A stretch of DNA of 64,000 nucleotides. Source: Gemmatales bacterium (GTDB taxonomy: Bacteria; Planctomycetota; Planctomycetia; Gemmatales; HRBIN36). Both the position numbers and the translations under genes were made by a program. The stretch spans positions 224,001-288,000 of the forward strand of contig JBEPZY010000001.1 in assembly GCA_041640595.1 (NCBI GenBank), in the 5' to 3' direction. Positions 40,201 to 50,206 of this stretch are shown here, piece by piece (within the stretch, counting starts at the first letter, position 1; each line of letters begins with the position of its first letter). Under the pieces are notes generated by a model, which was not told the origin of the DNA, did no database searches, and saw nothing but the letters and a program-made list of their open reading frames with translations.

Positions 40201-41655
40201 TCAGAGCGATTCGCCGGACACGGGAGCACTGGAAGTGAGGCTGGCGGCAGCGGAACTGCGGCGACCGGACAAACGCTGCCACCATTCCCGCAGGCGTTCG
40301 CGCCAGCCGGGCACGATACGGTCTTCCAGTTCGCGGAAGTTGGGACGGAGCACGACCAGAATCATGAGCGGTGCGAACCACAGCACCTGCGTGCCGCCGG
40401 CACGTCCGTACCAGAATTGCACGCCGATGGTCAACGCCGTCGTCAACACCAGCAAATGGCCGAAGTTTTTTTGTCGCGGCCAGCAAACGCTGAACACCAC
40501 CAGCACCAGATAGGCAACGAAAATCGGTACGCGATAGGCATAATGCAATTCCAGGCCCGACCAGAGTCCTTCGCCCGTGGGTCGGCGCGAGACATCCCAG
40601 GCTCGCCAGTCCGGCCAGTTCAGGACACGCTGCCATTCCTGCCATAAGGTTCCCGCTTGCCATAAGCTGATGGCGAGCGCCGCCAGAGCTATGCCCATAC
40701 CCAGAAGCAACCGGCCCAGCCCCCTGCGGTAATAATAGCTCATCCACAATGGCACCAGAAACGCCGGGAAATATGCCACGGCACAGCCCAGGCCCAGCAG
40801 CAATCCGGCCAGTAACGGTAACCGATACACCGCCAGCATCAGCACCAGCAACGTAGCCGGTACCAAATGCAGCAGGTCGGTGGCATGGTACGCCGAATAG
40901 GGCAGCAACAAATACAGCAACGCTGCCGAGGCTCCCAGAACAGCTTTGCCGAAATGACCGTAACCAATCCAGAACAGGCTCACCACGATCAAAACGTGAC
41001 AGGCGACGGTGATCCCTGCAAGCAACCGCTCAATGTCGAAAAAGCGCTCGACCACCGGCTGACTGGCGAGCACTTGCGGGGCACGCTCCAGCAAAACAGT
41101 TTCTTCCGCCGCGGGTTTGGGGGACTCGAAAACGGGCACGGCCGTGGTGACGCAGAACACCACCAGGAGCATTGCCGCCAGCCAGATTAAACCCTCGGTG
41201 GTCAGATTGGGCTGGAAGGATGAGCGACGCAAAACCACCAGATCCGCCAGACACCGCAGCAGCAGAGCAGCGCAGCCCAATAGCAGTAGCAGATAACCGC
41301 GTCGCACGGCCCGATCGGCTTGCTGAAATTGAGCCAGGGCGTGAACCGCCATACTCCAGGGCAGCGCTTCTTCGAGCAGTCCGGGTGAGCTCACCTGTAC
41401 CGTGCTGGCTTGGCTTACCGTTACCGCCAGCGTCTGGCACAACGCCGTCGTTGCTTCCTGCCGCCGGGCCTGGCATTCGCGGAGATACAAAATTCCCGGA
41501 ACGAGCAAGAAGAGTAGCAGAATATCCCAATTTTGCAGGCTAGCCAGTCGGCGGAAACGGAAAAACAGCGCCAGCGCCAGCACTAGCGACAGATAGAACC
41601 AAGTCGTGGCGCTGGGCAGGTGAAAGTCCAGGAAGATAGAACCGCCCGTGCTCAT
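40201..41655 (-). CDS. polytopic membrane protein (possible GT-C/GT87-like)
   Basis: Many TM segments; LYLLLPY and YFPAFLVPLW motifs; family assignment is tentative. Confidence 0.7.
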   Translation of the reverse strand: MSTGGSIFLDFHLPSATTWFYLSLVLALALFFRFRRLASLQNWDILLLFLLVPGILYLRECQARRQEATTALCQTLAVTVSQASTVQVSSPGLLEEALPWSMAVHALAQFQQADRAVRRGYLLLLLGCAALLLRCLADLVVLRRSSFQPNLTTEGLIWLAAMLLVVFCVTTAVPVFESPKPAAEETVLLERAPQVLASQPVVERFFDIERLLAGITVACHVLIVVSLFWIGYGHFGKAVLGASAALLYLLLPYSAYHATDLLHLVPATLLVLMLAVYRLPLLAGLLLGLGCAVAYFPAFLVPLWMSYYYRRGLGRLLLGMGIALAALAISLWQAGTLWQEWQRVLNWPDWRAWDVSRRPTGEGLWSGLELHYAYRVPIFVAYLVLVVFSVCWPRQKNFGHLLVLTTALTIGVQFWYGRAGGTQVLWFAPLMILVVLRPNFRELEDRIVPGWRERLREWWQRLSGRRSSAAASLTSSAPVSGESL

Positions 41656-41875
41656 CCGGCTCCCCGCACCCTGGGTCCATCAGGTTTTAGTATAGCAACT
41701 CCATCTTAGCTGCGCCAGAACCCGAAACGGGCGGGTGAACTTTCAGAAAGGTCGGCGGTTGCTCCAGTGGTTACCCTGCATGGTGCGCTTGCCGATTGAC
41801 CGGGCGTTTTCCAGGTGCCCTGCCGCGCTGGCCCCACCAATGGCTTACCGTCATGGGGAGCGCGAGCGCCCAGCG

Positions 41876-41904
41876 TTTACTTTCGTCTCGGCGCGGCTTA
41901 GACT
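41876..41904 (+). promoter_or_regulatory. putative sigma-70 promoter of the WXG100/FtsK operon
   Basis: TTTACT-17 nt-TAGACT, about 60 nt before ATG 41963. Confidence 0.4.
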
Positions 41905-41962
41905 GATATTGGAAGCCGGTTACGAATCGTGCCGGTCTGCGATGGTCATTGAGGAGGCGGAT

Positions 41963-42235
41963 ATGCCGCAAGCTATTGTTGACCCCGGGGAATTGCGACG
42001 CTTTGCCCACAATCTCAAGCAGTTTGTGACCGATTTGCAGGGCCGCTTGCAGGTATTGCATAGTCAAATGCTGGCCCTGGGTGACACCTGGCGCGATCAG
42101 GAACACGAAAAGTTCGCCGAGGAATTTCAGCAAACGGTTCAGGTGCTCAAACGTTTTACAGAATCGGCGGAAAAGCAAGTCCCCTTCTTACTTCGCAAGG
42201 CTGAGAAAATCGAAGAGTATCTCCGGATTCGCTAA
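41963..42235 (+). CDS. WXG100 family (ESAT-6-like) protein, WxD variant
   Basis: 90 aa; GAGGAGG RBS; VDPGELRRFA..L, central W-R-D, helix-turn-helix pattern ending EEYL. Confidence 0.88.
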   Translation: MPQAIVDPGELRRFAHNLKQFVTDLQGRLQVLHSQMLALGDTWRDQEHEKFAEEFQQTVQVLKRFTESAEKQVPFLLRKAEKIEEYLRIR

Positions 42236-42238
42236 GCC

Positions 42239-42778
42239 ATGTCCCAGGAAGCACGCGTCCTGTCGGTGGAAGTGCTGGAGGAATTGCGAGCGGCTCTGGT
42301 GCGCTTTAAACAGGAGGCCAGCGCGGCACTCAGTTCTGTAGCGCTGATCGTGGAACGAATGGCGGTCTGGTTGGAACAGCAGGAACGATTCTGGAAGCAG
42401 GAGATTCGCAAACGCGAACAGGCTGTTTCCGAGGCACGACTGGAATTGCAACGGCGAAAATTGATGACCACGGTTCAGGGCCGGCCTCCGGACACGACCG
42501 AGCAAGAAAAAGCCCTGCGTAAAGCCCAGGCCCGATTGCAGGAAGCGGAACAGAAACTCCAGGCAACCAAATCCTGGATGATTCGCTGGCCGCGGGTGGT
42601 CAATGAATATGGCTCGTCCGGCCAGCGGCTCAGCGAGTTTCTGGAGGCCGAGATGCCGCAACTATTGGCCTGGATGCAGGGGCGAATCGAGGCACTGGAA
42701 GCCTATTTAGCGCTTCAGGCTCCCGAACCGCCTGGCCCTACCGCTGCCAGTGATACTGGCTCCACCACTTCCCCATGA
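42239..42778 (+). CDS. coiled-coil helical protein of the WXG100 operon
   Basis: 179 aa, all-helical, no signal peptide, 3 nt after the WXG100 stop. Confidence 0.75.
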   Translation: MSQEARVLSVEVLEELRAALVRFKQEASAALSSVALIVERMAVWLEQQERFWKQEIRKREQAVSEARLELQRRKLMTTVQGRPPDTTEQEKALRKAQARLQEAEQKLQATKSWMIRWPRVVNEYGSSGQRLSEFLEAEMPQLLAWMQGRIEALEAYLALQAPEPPGPTAASDTGSTTSP

Positions 42779-42790
42779 CCGGGCCGCACC

Positions 42791-43003
42791 ATGTCCCTGC
42801 AAACCGGAATTGCCCAGCTGCATGAGGCGATGCGCGACCTGCGACGGGCAGCGGATCGCGCCCAGATGTACTGGACGGATACGGTGCAGCAGGAATTCGA
42901 GAAACGTTATTTGCAGCCTCTGGAGCTGATCGTCCAGCGCACCTTGGAGGAAATGCAGCGTCTGGACGAAGCGTTGCGGCAAATGCAACGAGATTGCACG
43001 TGA
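42791..43003 (+). CDS. small WXG100-like protein (WTD)
   Basis: 70 aa helical; W-T-D...F motif parallels W-R-D...F of 41963..42235. Confidence 0.7.
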   Translation: MSLQTGIAQLHEAMRDLRRAADRAQMYWTDTVQQEFEKRYLQPLELIVQRTLEEMQRLDEALRQMQRDCT

Positions 43004-43025
43004 CTCGCTGACTTCGGGAATCAAC

Positions 43026-46000
43026 ATGTCCGTCACCCAAGCCGAACCGGTCAGCCCATCCACGAACGTTCCGCTGTTGGAACGCCAGCGTGAACTCCTG
43101 AACCGTCTCCGCGAGATTATCCGCTGGCGGACGCAGACGGAGGTGGAACTGGAGCAACATTATCGCCGCCGGCTGGAACAAATCGAGGCTCACCACCGTC
43201 GCCGTCTGCCGGAAATCGAGAATCGCTACCGGCAGCAACGTGCGGAGCTGGAAAGGCAGTTGCAGGAATCGCTCCAGGCCCTTCAGACGGAACAGGAAAG
43301 CGAAACCGCCGCCATTGAAGCGGAATGGCACGAGCGACGCGCCAGCCTGGAGGAACGGGCCCAGCAGGAACGCGAAAACAAAGAACGCGAATTCGAGGAA
43401 CGCAAATGGGAACTGAATACCGAATACGAAGCGGCGGCCAGCGATCTGGAAGAACGCTCGCGCAAGCTGGAGTTGAAGTTGCAGGAACAGTGGGCACGCA
43501 TTAAGGCCATTCGGGAGGAGGCTCGCCAGCTGCTTCAGGTCTGGCGGCAACCGGTGGAAAAAGTCGTTGCCGTTCGACCCAAATTCACCAAAGACGACGA
43601 CTTGCTGGCCATCGTCCAGGCTAAAACCGACCTGGCCAGGGAATACCTCGAAAGCCTCAAGACCTTGGTGCTTCCCCGCTGTTTGGAAGGCAAGCGACCC
43701 TGGTGGCTGGCCACGTTTCTTGCCGTGCTGTTGGCGCCATTGTTTTTGATTGGTTACGCGGTGTTGATCGCCGGTCAAAGTGTCGGCCAGCTGCTGGCAG
43801 GCTCGTTTTGGGCCGAACATGCTTTGCCCGCTCTGCTGACCAGTCTGGTGGGTGCAATCCTCGGAAGCGGATTGATCCTGCTGGGCGTCTACTGGCTGGC
43901 ACGCTGGCGAGTCTGGCAACTGTACCGGCCACTTTTGACGGAAATTTACGAGGCTTGCAAAGCCGGACAAATCTGCAAGGAAGCCGCGGAAGCCGCCTAT
44001 CGTCGCCAGGCCGCTGAACTGAAAGCACGCCGGCAGAAGTTTGAAGAAACCCTCAAGGCGATGATCGTGGAGCATCGTCGCTGGCTGGCTGAGCATGAGG
44101 TACAGAGTCAGCGCGACCTGCAGTCGTGCGACGAACAATTCCGCAGCCGCCTCGACAGTTGCCGGCGGCAGTTTACCAGCCGTCGCCAGCAAATCTCCCA
44201 GGAACTTACTTCCCGGTTGGCAGAGCTGGACAGGCAATATCAGGCCCAGCGCCAGCGTATCGAAGACGAGTACCAGCAGGGCCTGGCTCAGTTGGAAGCG
44301 TGGCGGCAACAGCAGTGGGGACAATTGCGGCAACGCTGGGCAGAGACCATGCGGCAAATCCGTCGCCTGTCCGCCGAATTTCACCAGCAGGCCTACCAGG
44401 CTTGTCCGTCGTGGGAGGATGATTTCTGGAATCACTGGCAGGCACCCGTAGTTCCTGCGGAGAAGATTCCGCTGGGCCGATTCCACCTGGCACTCCGCGA
44501 TTGGAAAGACGCCATCCCGGATGATGCCGACATGCGAGCGGCGACGCCGTCGGAACTCTGGTTAGCTGCCGCTCTCGAATTTCCGGAACGCTGTTCGTGT
44601 GTGGTACGCTTGCCGGAGAATGCAGCCGCGAACGACCAGGCACGTGTCGCTGCTTTGCGATTTATGCAGATGTATCTATTCCGTCTCCTGGCTACCATCC
44701 CGCCTGGAAAACTTCGTTTCACCATTCTCGACCCGGTGGGCCTTGGGGAACCGTTTTCCGCTTTCATGCACCTGGCCGATTACGACGAGCAGCTGGTTAC
44801 CAGTCGCATCTGGACCGAACCGCAACACATCGAGCAACGCCTGGCCGACCTGACCGCCCACATGGAGACGGTGCTGCAAACCTATCTCCGCAACCAGTAC
44901 GCCACTATCGAGGAATACAATCAGCAAGCCGGCGAACTGGCCGAACCTTATCGCATTCTCGTTGTCGCAGATTTCCCGACGAATTTTACTTCGGAAGCAG
45001 CCCGGCGATTGGCCAGCATCATCGCCAGTGGTGCCCGTTGCGGTGTTTATGTCGTCATCAGTGTCGACCCGCGTTTGCCCATGCCGCATGGCTTTCAGCT
45101 GGAGGACCTCGAACGTGCCGGAGCCATGCTGGTCTGGAAAAATAATCGGCTGGCGTGGAACGACGCCGATTTTGGCCAGTTGCCGCTGCACCTCGACCCA
45201 CCTCCGCCGGATCAGCTGTGCACCCGTTTGATGCACGAGATCGGCAAGGCCGCTCTGGCTGCCAAACGAGTCGAGGTACCGTTCAGCTGGGTGGCACCAC
45301 CGCCGGAAAAACGCTGGGCCAGCGACTCCAGTTCCGGAATCGAAATTCCTATCGGTCGCTGTGGAGCCACCAAGCGGCAGTATTTCCGACTTGGCCAGGG
45401 AACCGCCCAGCATGTGCTGATTGCGGGTAAGACCGGTTCGGGAAAATCTACGCTGTTGCACGTCCTGATTACCAATCTCGCCCTGCATTACAGCCCTCAG
45501 GAAGTGGAACTTTATCTGGTGGACTTCAAAAAAGGCGTGGAATTCAAGACGTATGCGACACATCGTTTGCCGCATGCCCGTGTCATTGCCATCGAAAGTG
45601 AGCGGGAGTTCGGCCTGAGCGTGTTGCAGCGATTGGATGCCGAGCTGAGACATCGCGGGGAATTATTCCGGCAGGCCGGCGTGCAGGATATTCGCGCCTA
45701 TCGGCAGGTGACCGGTCAGCCCTTGCCGCGAATTCTGCTCCTGGTGGACGAGTTTCAGGAATTCTTCGTGGAAGACGACCGCATCGCTCAGGAGTCAGCG
45801 CAACTGCTGGACCGTCTGGTGCGGCAGGGACGTGCGTTTGGTTTGCACGTCGTCCTCGGCTCACAGACTCTGGGCGGAGCCTACACTCTGGCACGCAGCA
45901 CACTCGACCAGATGGCCGTGCGAATTGCCCTGCAATGCAGCGAAGCAGATTCCGCATTGATCCTGAGCGAAGACAACACAGCAGCCCGTTTGCTCAGCCG

Positions 46001-47039
46001 GCCAGGAGAAGCTATTTACAACGATGCCAACGGCCTGGTCGAAGGGAACAGCCCATTTCAAATCGTATGGCTCAGCGACGCTACCCGCGACCAGTATCTA
46101 CGCGAGATCGAGGAATTGGCCCGTCGCCGGCAGCTTCCCGCACTGCCGCAGGTGGTTTTCGAAGGCAACGCTCCCTCGATCCTGGCCAGCAATACCGAGT
46201 TGTGGAAGCGCATTTCCGGTCAGGTTCCGCCCAGTCCCACACCGGTGGTGTGGTTCGGCGATTCCATTGCCATCCGCGAACCCACGCACTTGGTGCTGCA
46301 CCGCCACACCGGCGCCAATCTGGCTATTCTCGGTCAGGACGAAACCTTAGCGGCAGGGATGTTCTGTGCGAGCCTGATCGCACTGGCGGCTCAGCTTCCT
46401 GTTCGGGCGGAGGGCAGCGGTTCCGACAACCAGCATACGGCAACTTTTTATGTTCTCGACGGTAGTCTGGAAGGAACACCGGTATCGGCCAGTTTGACGG
46501 CAACCTTGGCCGTCCTGCCTCAGCCCATCCGTCTCGGCCGCTGGCGCGAAGTCAGCACCATTTTGCAGGAATTGCATGCCGAGATGCAGAAACGCATTCA
46601 GTCGGCAGATGCACCCAGTCCGACCTGGGTGCTTTGGATTTTCGGCTTACACCGTTTCCGTGACCTTCGCCGCGAGGAAGATGATTACGGTTTCGGTTTT
46701 GATAGCTCCAAGCCACCCAGTGCAGCTCGTCTGCTTGCGGAACTGTTGCGGGAAGGGCCTACGGTCGGGATTCACGTGTTTCTCTGGTGCGACACGCTTA
46801 CCAACCTGCAACGTTCCTTCGACCGGGCCGCTCTGCGCGAACTGAATTATCGCATCGCCATGCAAATGAGTGCCAACGATTCCAGCAACTTTCTCGATTC
46901 ACCGCTGGCGTCCCGGCTCGGTCCCTATCGCGCATACTTCTACAGCGAAGAGCAGGGACGGCTGGAGAAATTCCGTCCCTATGGCTTACCGGATGAGGCT
47001 TACCTGCAACAAGTGGCACTTCATTTGCGCTCTCGCTAA
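43026..47039 (+). CDS. FtsK/SpoIIIE-domain membrane ATPase (EccC/EssC-like)
   Basis: Coiled coil, 2 TMs, coiled coil, then three RecA-like domains; intact HVLIAGKTGSGKST and LLVDEFQE, RQGRAFGLH in the middle domain. Confidence 0.9.
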   Translation: MSVTQAEPVSPSTNVPLLERQRELLNRLREIIRWRTQTEVELEQHYRRRLEQIEAHHRRRLPEIENRYRQQRAELERQLQESLQALQTEQESETAAIEAEWHERRASLEERAQQERENKEREFEERKWELNTEYEAAASDLEERSRKLELKLQEQWARIKAIREEARQLLQVWRQPVEKVVAVRPKFTKDDDLLAIVQAKTDLAREYLESLKTLVLPRCLEGKRPWWLATFLAVLLAPLFLIGYAVLIAGQSVGQLLAGSFWAEHALPALLTSLVGAILGSGLILLGVYWLARWRVWQLYRPLLTEIYEACKAGQICKEAAEAAYRRQAAELKARRQKFEETLKAMIVEHRRWLAEHEVQSQRDLQSCDEQFRSRLDSCRRQFTSRRQQISQELTSRLAELDRQYQAQRQRIEDEYQQGLAQLEAWRQQQWGQLRQRWAETMRQIRRLSAEFHQQAYQACPSWEDDFWNHWQAPVVPAEKIPLGRFHLALRDWKDAIPDDADMRAATPSELWLAAALEFPERCSCVVRLPENAAANDQARVAALRFMQMYLFRLLATIPPGKLRFTILDPVGLGEPFSAFMHLADYDEQLVTSRIWTEPQHIEQRLADLTAHMETVLQTYLRNQYATIEEYNQQAGELAEPYRILVVADFPTNFTSEAARRLASIIASGARCGVYVVISVDPRLPMPHGFQLEDLERAGAMLVWKNNRLAWNDADFGQLPLHLDPPPPDQLCTRLMHEIGKAALAAKRVEVPFSWVAPPPEKRWASDSSSGIEIPIGRCGATKRQYFRLGQGTAQHVLIAGKTGSGKSTLLHVLITNLALHYSPQEVELYLVDFKKGVEFKTYATHRLPHARVIAIESEREFGLSVLQRLDAELRHRGELFRQAGVQDIRAYRQVTGQPLPRILLLVDEFQEFFVEDDRIAQESAQLLDRLVRQGRAFGLHVVLGSQTLGGAYTLARSTLDQMAVRIALQCSEADSALILSEDNTAARLLSRPGEAIYNDANGLVEGNSPFQIVWLSDATRDQYLREIEELARRRQLPALPQVVFEGNAPSILASNTELWKRISGQVPPSPTPVVWFGDSIAIREPTHLVLHRHTGANLAILGQDETLAAGMFCASLIALAAQLPVRAEGSGSDNQHTATFYVLDGSLEGTPVSASLTATLAVLPQPIRLGRWREVSTILQELHAEMQKRIQSADAPSPTWVLWIFGLHRFRDLRREEDDYGFGFDSSKPPSAARLLAELLREGPTVGIHVFLWCDTLTNLQRSFDRAALRELNYRIAMQMSANDSSNFLDSPLASRLGPYRAYFYSEEQGRLEKFRPYGLPDEAYLQQVALHLRSR

Positions 47040-47161
47040 GTGGTTGTGCTGGAGTTTTCCCTTGACAATCTCCAGCAAGCGGCATAATGATTGTCCAAAT
47101 AAAAGTTTTTGCGTTCTGACCTTCCCTGAATTTGTGCAGCGGGCGCACACCTGGAAACTCA

Positions 47162-49093
47162 ATGAGCGGAGCTAAACCTGGAATGGAGCTACTCGAAACC
47201 TGGTCTATACAAGACGCGGCAGAAACCTACGGCATCCGCAACTGGGGCAAAGGCTATTTCTCGATTAACGAGCGTGGCCACGTTACCATCCATCCTTATA
47301 AGTCCCCGGAGCCAGCCATAGACCTGAAAGAGCTAGTGGACCAGTTGCAGGCCCGTGGCATCCAGCTGCCGATCCTGCTCCGTTTTAGCGACATCCTGCG
47401 GCACCGCTTGAGTGAAATTCATCAAGCCTTCCGCGCTGCCATTTCCGAGTACCACTACCAGGGTGACTATATTTCCGTCTATCCCATCAAGGTGAACCAG
47501 CAACGCCACGTCGTGGAAGAGCTGTTGCACTATGGCAAGGAACTGCGTTTTGGTCTGGAAGCCGGCTCCAAACCGGAATTGCTGGCTGTGCTGGCTCTCA
47601 CCAACGGGCAGGACAAAACGCTGATCATTTGCAACGGTTTCAAGGACGATGAGTTTTTGCGGATGACCGTGCTGGCCCGCAAGATTGGCAAACCTATCAT
47701 TCCGGTGATCGAGAAGTTTACCGAACTGGAAACGCTGGTTCAGCACGCTCGCGATTTGCAGGTGCGCCCCGTTCTAGGAGTGCGGGCAAAGTTGGCGGCA
47801 CGTGGTTCCGGTCGCTGGAAACTTTCGGCTGGATACCGCTCGAAATTTGGCCTGACCGTTACGGAAATCCTCGATGCTCTCGAGTATCTGAAATCCGAGG
47901 GCATGGCCGACTGTTTGCAACTGTTGCATTTTCATCTAGGCAGTCAGATCACTAACATTCGCAGCATTAAAAATGCCATTAACGAAGCGGCTCGCATCTA
48001 CGTCGAGTTGAAACGGCTGGGAGCTGGTCTGCGATACTTAGACGTGGGAGGCGGACTGGGCATTGATTATGACGGTTCGCAAACCGATTTTGAATCCTCG
48101 GTCAACTATACCTTGCAGGAATACGCCAACGACGTCGTTTACTATATCAAGAGCATCTGCGACGAAGCCGAGGTCGAGCATCCCACTATCATCACCGAAT
48201 GTGGTCGAGCTATCGTAGCCTATCACAGCGTTCTGGTCTTTAATGTGCTGGGGGTGTCCGATTTTGAAGACAGTCCGTTGCCCGAAGAGTTACCTGAAGA
48301 GGCACCGCAACCAGTGCGCGATCTGTTCGCCATCTGTCGGGAGCTTAACAAAAAGAACTACCTGGAAAGTTATCACGATGCCCAGCAGGCTATTGAGCAG
48401 GCGTTGCATGCGTTTACTCTGGGCTATATGAGCTTAGAGATGCGCGGCTTAGCAGAACGCTTATTCTGGGCATTTGCTAATAAGCTGTTGCGTATCGTTC
48501 GGGAACTGCCTTACATTCCGGAAGAATTGCAAAACTTAGAGGCGTTGCTTTCGGATACTTACTTCTGCAACTTTTCCGTGTTCCAATCTATGCCCGATAG
48601 CTGGGCAATCAATCAGGTTTTTCCGGTGATGCCGATCCACCGCCTGGATGAACCACCGACACGCCGTGGCATTCTCGGAGATATTACCTGCGATTCTGAC
48701 GGCAAAATTGATAAGTTTCCTTCCCTGCGGGATGTCAAGCCGGTCTTAGAGTTACATCCGTTCACCGGTGAGCCATACTACTTAGGGGCGTTCCTGCTTG
48801 GAGCGTATCAGGAAATTCTTGGCGATTTGCACAATCTATTCGGAGACACGAACGCCGTACATGTCCGTGTAGATGAAAGCGGCGAGGTCTATATCGAAGC
48901 GGTGATTAAGGGAGACACCGTCCGCGAAGTTTTGCATTACGTACAGTATTCCGCTGATGAATTGCTGGCCCAGATGCGTCGCGATGTTGAGAAAGCGGTG
49001 CGGGCCAACCGCATTTCTCTGTCCGAGGCTCGGTTGTTACTACGCTTCTATGAAAACGGCTTGGAAGGTTATACTTACCTGGAAGAGCCTTGA
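47162..49093 (+). CDS. speA: biosynthetic arginine decarboxylase
   Basis: VYPIKVNQ, GLEAGSKPEL, HFHLGSQI, DVGGGLGIDYDG, DITCDSDG, GAYQEILGDLHNLFG. Confidence 0.96.
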   Translation: MSGAKPGMELLETWSIQDAAETYGIRNWGKGYFSINERGHVTIHPYKSPEPAIDLKELVDQLQARGIQLPILLRFSDILRHRLSEIHQAFRAAISEYHYQGDYISVYPIKVNQQRHVVEELLHYGKELRFGLEAGSKPELLAVLALTNGQDKTLIICNGFKDDEFLRMTVLARKIGKPIIPVIEKFTELETLVQHARDLQVRPVLGVRAKLAARGSGRWKLSAGYRSKFGLTVTEILDALEYLKSEGMADCLQLLHFHLGSQITNIRSIKNAINEAARIYVELKRLGAGLRYLDVGGGLGIDYDGSQTDFESSVNYTLQEYANDVVYYIKSICDEAEVEHPTIITECGRAIVAYHSVLVFNVLGVSDFEDSPLPEELPEEAPQPVRDLFAICRELNKKNYLESYHDAQQAIEQALHAFTLGYMSLEMRGLAERLFWAFANKLLRIVRELPYIPEELQNLEALLSDTYFCNFSVFQSMPDSWAINQVFPVMPIHRLDEPPTRRGILGDITCDSDGKIDKFPSLRDVKPVLELHPFTGEPYYLGAFLLGAYQEILGDLHNLFGDTNAVHVRVDESGEVYIEAVIKGDTVREVLHYVQYSADELLAQMRRDVEKAVRANRISLSEARLLLRFYENGLEGYTYLEEP

Positions 49094-49137
49094 TTCCTGC
49101 TTAGCTGACAACTAAGTTAGGGTACCTGTGGAACAGG

Positions 49138-49701
49138 TTAGCGAATCCCGAGGGCAGACTGGAGCCGGCGTATCTGTTCCGGCATAGGGCGCGGTGGCTG
49201 GGGCGTTTTCTGTCCAGGTCGTCCGATAACTTCCAGCCAGATAAACACCGGGCCGGGAGGCTCTAAGCAGGAGGCGGCATGAGTTTCCCAGCTATTTCTG
49301 TCGCGGAAATGATAAACCCGCCGAATGCCGGCACCCTCAGCGATTCGCGCAAAGTCAATCTGGCGCGAGCCGACGATTGGTTGCCCCCCGGTTACCTCAT
49401 ACATGCCATTATCCATGACCACGAGATAAAGCTGGGCCGGATAGCTGGCGATCGTGATAAGACAGCCGAGGTTCATGATCAGGCTGCCATCGCCGCATAC
49501 AGCGATGACCCGGCGATTCGGTAAAGCAAGGGCCAGACCTAAGCCGAGTGCTGGTCCCTGACCCATAGCTGAGGGCATGTATGCGAAGTCCAGCGGCGTA
49601 TCGGAGAGTTTGGGCCAGATGCCCACCGCACCCATCGTAGTAAGAACCAAGGCATCCCCGCGATTGCGGGCGAGAACTTCTAGAGCTTCTTCCGGAGTCA
49701 T
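49138..49701 (-). CDS. TPP-dependent decarboxylase beta subunit (ComE / phosphonopyruvate decarboxylase-like)
   Basis: SAMG..LGLGLAL, GDGSLIMNLG...DNGMYEVTGGQP TPP-binding motif; start uncertain. Confidence 0.8.
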   Translation of the reverse strand: MTPEEALEVLARNRGDALVLTTMGAVGIWPKLSDTPLDFAYMPSAMGQGPALGLGLALALPNRRVIAVCGDGSLIMNLGCLITIASYPAQLYLVVMDNGMYEVTGGQPIVGSRQIDFARIAEGAGIRRVYHFRDRNSWETHAASCLEPPGPVFIWLEVIGRPGQKTPQPPRPMPEQIRRLQSALGIR

Positions 49702-49723
49702 GGCCAGTTTCTCATGGCTGCGG

Positions 49724-50206
49724 TTATTCGGGAATGCAAGCGACAAAAGGTCGTCCTTGTTGCCGCGCAGAAATATAGAGCTGCACTAAGTCCGCTGCGT
49801 TGGCCTGGGCACTTAGTATTTGAAAGGGTACCTGCCAGGCCTCTAAAATCGGAATCGTGAAACGCGGACAGGTGTCGGCGGTGCGTCGTTCTTGATACGC
49901 GAGATAACTACGAATGCCCAGGATTAGAAACAGGGGTAACTGCAGGTCGTGGACGACGTTGCGAAAAGCGTCGCCGGCATCGAAAAAACCTGTGCATTGC
50001 ATGGCCACAACAGGTTGCTTGCCGCCGAGCATAAGCCCCGCGGCAACGCCAAAGGCCTCCGCTTCCCGACTCACCCGAATCAATTGCAGTCGAGGCTCAG
50101 CCACTAAGTCCGCTTCCCAGCGACCTAATTCGCTATCCGGTATCCAGAGCCAGTGGCTTACTCCTTGATTCACAAGGCCGACAACCAAGTCCCGACCACT
50201 AATCAT
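49724..50206 (-). CDS. TPP-dependent decarboxylase alpha subunit (ComD-like)
   Basis: IPDS, SREAEAFGVAAG..LGGK.P...MQCTG; adjacent to the beta subunit. Confidence 0.75.
   Translation of the reverse strand: MISGRDLVVGLVNQGVSHWLWIPDSELGRWEADLVAEPRLQLIRVSREAEAFGVAAGLMLGGKQPVVAMQCTGFFDAGDAFRNVVHDLQLPLFLILGIRSYLAYQERRTADTCPRFTIPILEAWQVPFQILSAQANAADLVQLYISARQQGRPFVACIPE

Noticed and set aside
42738..44486. 582-aa minus-strand ORF
   Set aside because: Antisense shadow of the coiled-coil part of the FtsK-like gene; no motifs.
47047..47088. TTGACA...CATAAT promoter or hairpin before speA
   Set aside because: The spacer is only 15 nt and the inverted repeat has a long loop and no U-tract; too ambiguous to call.
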